A DNA stretch of 64,000 bases from the human T2T-CHM13v2.0 reference genome, Homo sapiens. Of the stretch, positions 62,271-64,000 are shown in pieces. The translations under genes and the position numbers were made by a program. The notes below the pieces were generated by a model. The model did no database searches. It was not told where the DNA came from and saw only the letters and a list, made by a program, of their open reading frames with translations. The DNA lies in the NCBI RefSeq assembly GCF_009914755.1, contig NC_060929.1; one strand, given 5' to 3'. The stretch's first letter is position 1, and each line of letters begins with the position of its first letter.

Positions 62271-62447
62271 TGACTTGAATTCTTAATAGGCACTGGAAAG
62301 ACTAATAATGAACAGCAGAGAGATGATTCAGACGATGTTTAAATAACTCAGGAAAAAACGATTGAAGACTAATGTCAATCAGAGAGAAGAGGGAACGACA
62401 TGAGTCCCAGAGAGATGACAAATGTGGTATCTAAAAGAACTTCACAA

Positions 62448-62584
62448 CTGTTTATGGGGTGAAAGAAGAATAGTCCACATTAAGATTTCTATAACTAATA
62501 ATATTTTAAATTTATTAAAAGAAATTCTCCTAATTCTTCCCAACACATATATGAGTGCTATGATCTATCTCTCTCTCTCTCTCT

Positions 62585-62634
<50 letters not shown>

Positions 62635-63574
62635 TGGCTTCTCCACCTCAATAAAGCACAACCTGATTCTTTCATCTTGTCAGATACTCCAGACTCCTCT
62701 CTTTTTCTCTCAACATGCTTAGATCCAGCAGGACAATAACAATCTCTGTCTCCAAAACACAGTGAAAATTGGTCTTTCTCAATGATGCAACAGCCACTTT
62801 GGTCAATGCCTCCATTGCTTCTCAACTGGACACAGTTGATACCTTCCTTACTGGTCTTTTTGACTCTTCTCTTTGGTTTCCTGATCTTGTGCTAGGCAGA
62901 ATGAACCTCATTCAAACCTCCCATAACGTGTCATCACATCATACAGAGTCAAAACCTAAGTCCCACAAAGCCCCTACAAGGCTTCCTTCCTCCCTCATTA
63001 TGCCTCCTGCTTGATGCTTCATCACTCTTCCCTTATTTCTCTGTAGCAAGGTGGACTTCTTCTTGTTTTTCTAACATGCTAAGTCTCTATTCCCCCAGGA
63101 CTTTTGCATTTGTTTCTTTTACCAGTTATAAAAGCCCCACATATTCACACAGTTAATTTCCTTCAGTTATTCACTTCAGTTATTCACTGTTATTTCCTTC
63201 AGACTTTTTCTTTTATCTCAACTTTATTATTATTATTGTATTGTTGTTATTGTCATTATTTTTGTGGAGACAGGGTCTTGCTCTGTTGCCCAGGGTAGTC
63301 TTGAACTCCCAGCCTCAAGTGATCCTCCCACCTTGCCCTCCCAAAACTTTTCTTTAAGGTCACATTCCCAATGAGGACATTTCTGAGACTTTCACTATCC
63401 TATTACTCTATAAGTCCCAGGGACACCTTAGCTTTGTTTTTCTTATCAGCATCTGAAAATATGCATACTTCAACTTATTTATTTGATTATTTTCAGAGTC
63501 TTATCACTTAAATGGATAGGAACTTTTATCTGTGTCTTTCACTGCTGTATTTTCAGAACTGGAAGAGTGTCTGA
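62448..63574 (+). repeat. Right arm of inverted duplication (donor copy, within an L2 3' fragment)
   Basis: L2 3' end continues uninterrupted past the arm (AGTGTCTGAAACATAGTAGAATCTCAGTAACATTTGTT). Confidence 0.97.
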
Positions 63575-63869
63575 AACATAGTAGAATCTCAGTAACATTT
63601 GTTCATCAGAGAAATGAGAGTTAAAGCATGCACCAGGCAACTGAAAAGTATGTCATAAAAATATTAAAGCATTATGAACAAAGACATTAACACTACTTTT
63701 CATTGGTGTGTTACTTTACATTATGAAAGAATATTCTTAAAAATGATTTCATTTACTTTTAACAAAACTTGGTCTTACAGAAAGAAAGCTAAGCAGAAGG
63801 GTTTGTGTAGAGGAAAAATTTTTTGTAATTAAAATAATGGTGAGTATAATGAATAAAATTATGTACTAT

Positions 63870-64000
63870 TGAGAGAGGAGGCAATTATGAGCTGGTTGGG
63901 CAGATAGGGAGGGTTTCTTCTCGCCTAGAGGCCATCAAACTTTAGATGATGAGGCAGATGGAACCCCACTTGGACAAGTCCTTCTTCCAAGGCCCACTAG
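63870..64000 (+). mobile_element. ERV-derived sequence at the window edge (LTR-like start plus env cytoplasmic-tail-like segment)
   Basis: 63913-63999 translates VSSRLEAIKL*MMRQMEPHLDKSFFQGPL, resembling ERV1 Env C-termini; preceded by TGAGAGAGGAGGC. Confidence 0.55.

Overview
Primate nuclear DNA (probably human or great ape), AT-rich, with no intact protein-coding gene, RNA gene, CRISPR array or new multi-gene system that I can support. Much of it is transposon-derived: a near full-length old L1 (L1MA3-like) with a nested Alu and an antisense L1PA, about 14 Alus, MaLR/ERV1 LTRs, L2/MIR and MER5/MER6 DNA elements. The central feature is a full-length processed pseudogene of NUP50 (minus strand, 29008-33664). 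It has a TSD, a poly(A) tail, two frameshifts and a retained CpG-rich 5' end. The most unusual structures are three. (1) A ~1.1 kb inverted duplication (55407-56474 / 62448-63574) whose derived copy splits a MER4-type LTR and contains an almost identical ~165 bp core, suggesting gene conversion and possible inversion of the ~6 kb spacer. (2) A head-to-head U2 snRNA/Alu chimera joined at a shared GGCCG (36048-36404). (3) Apparently ancestral residues preserved in the NUP50 retrocopy. Repeat subfamily names and parent-gene comparisons come from recalled consensus sequences and hand alignment and need RepeatMasker/BLAST confirmation.
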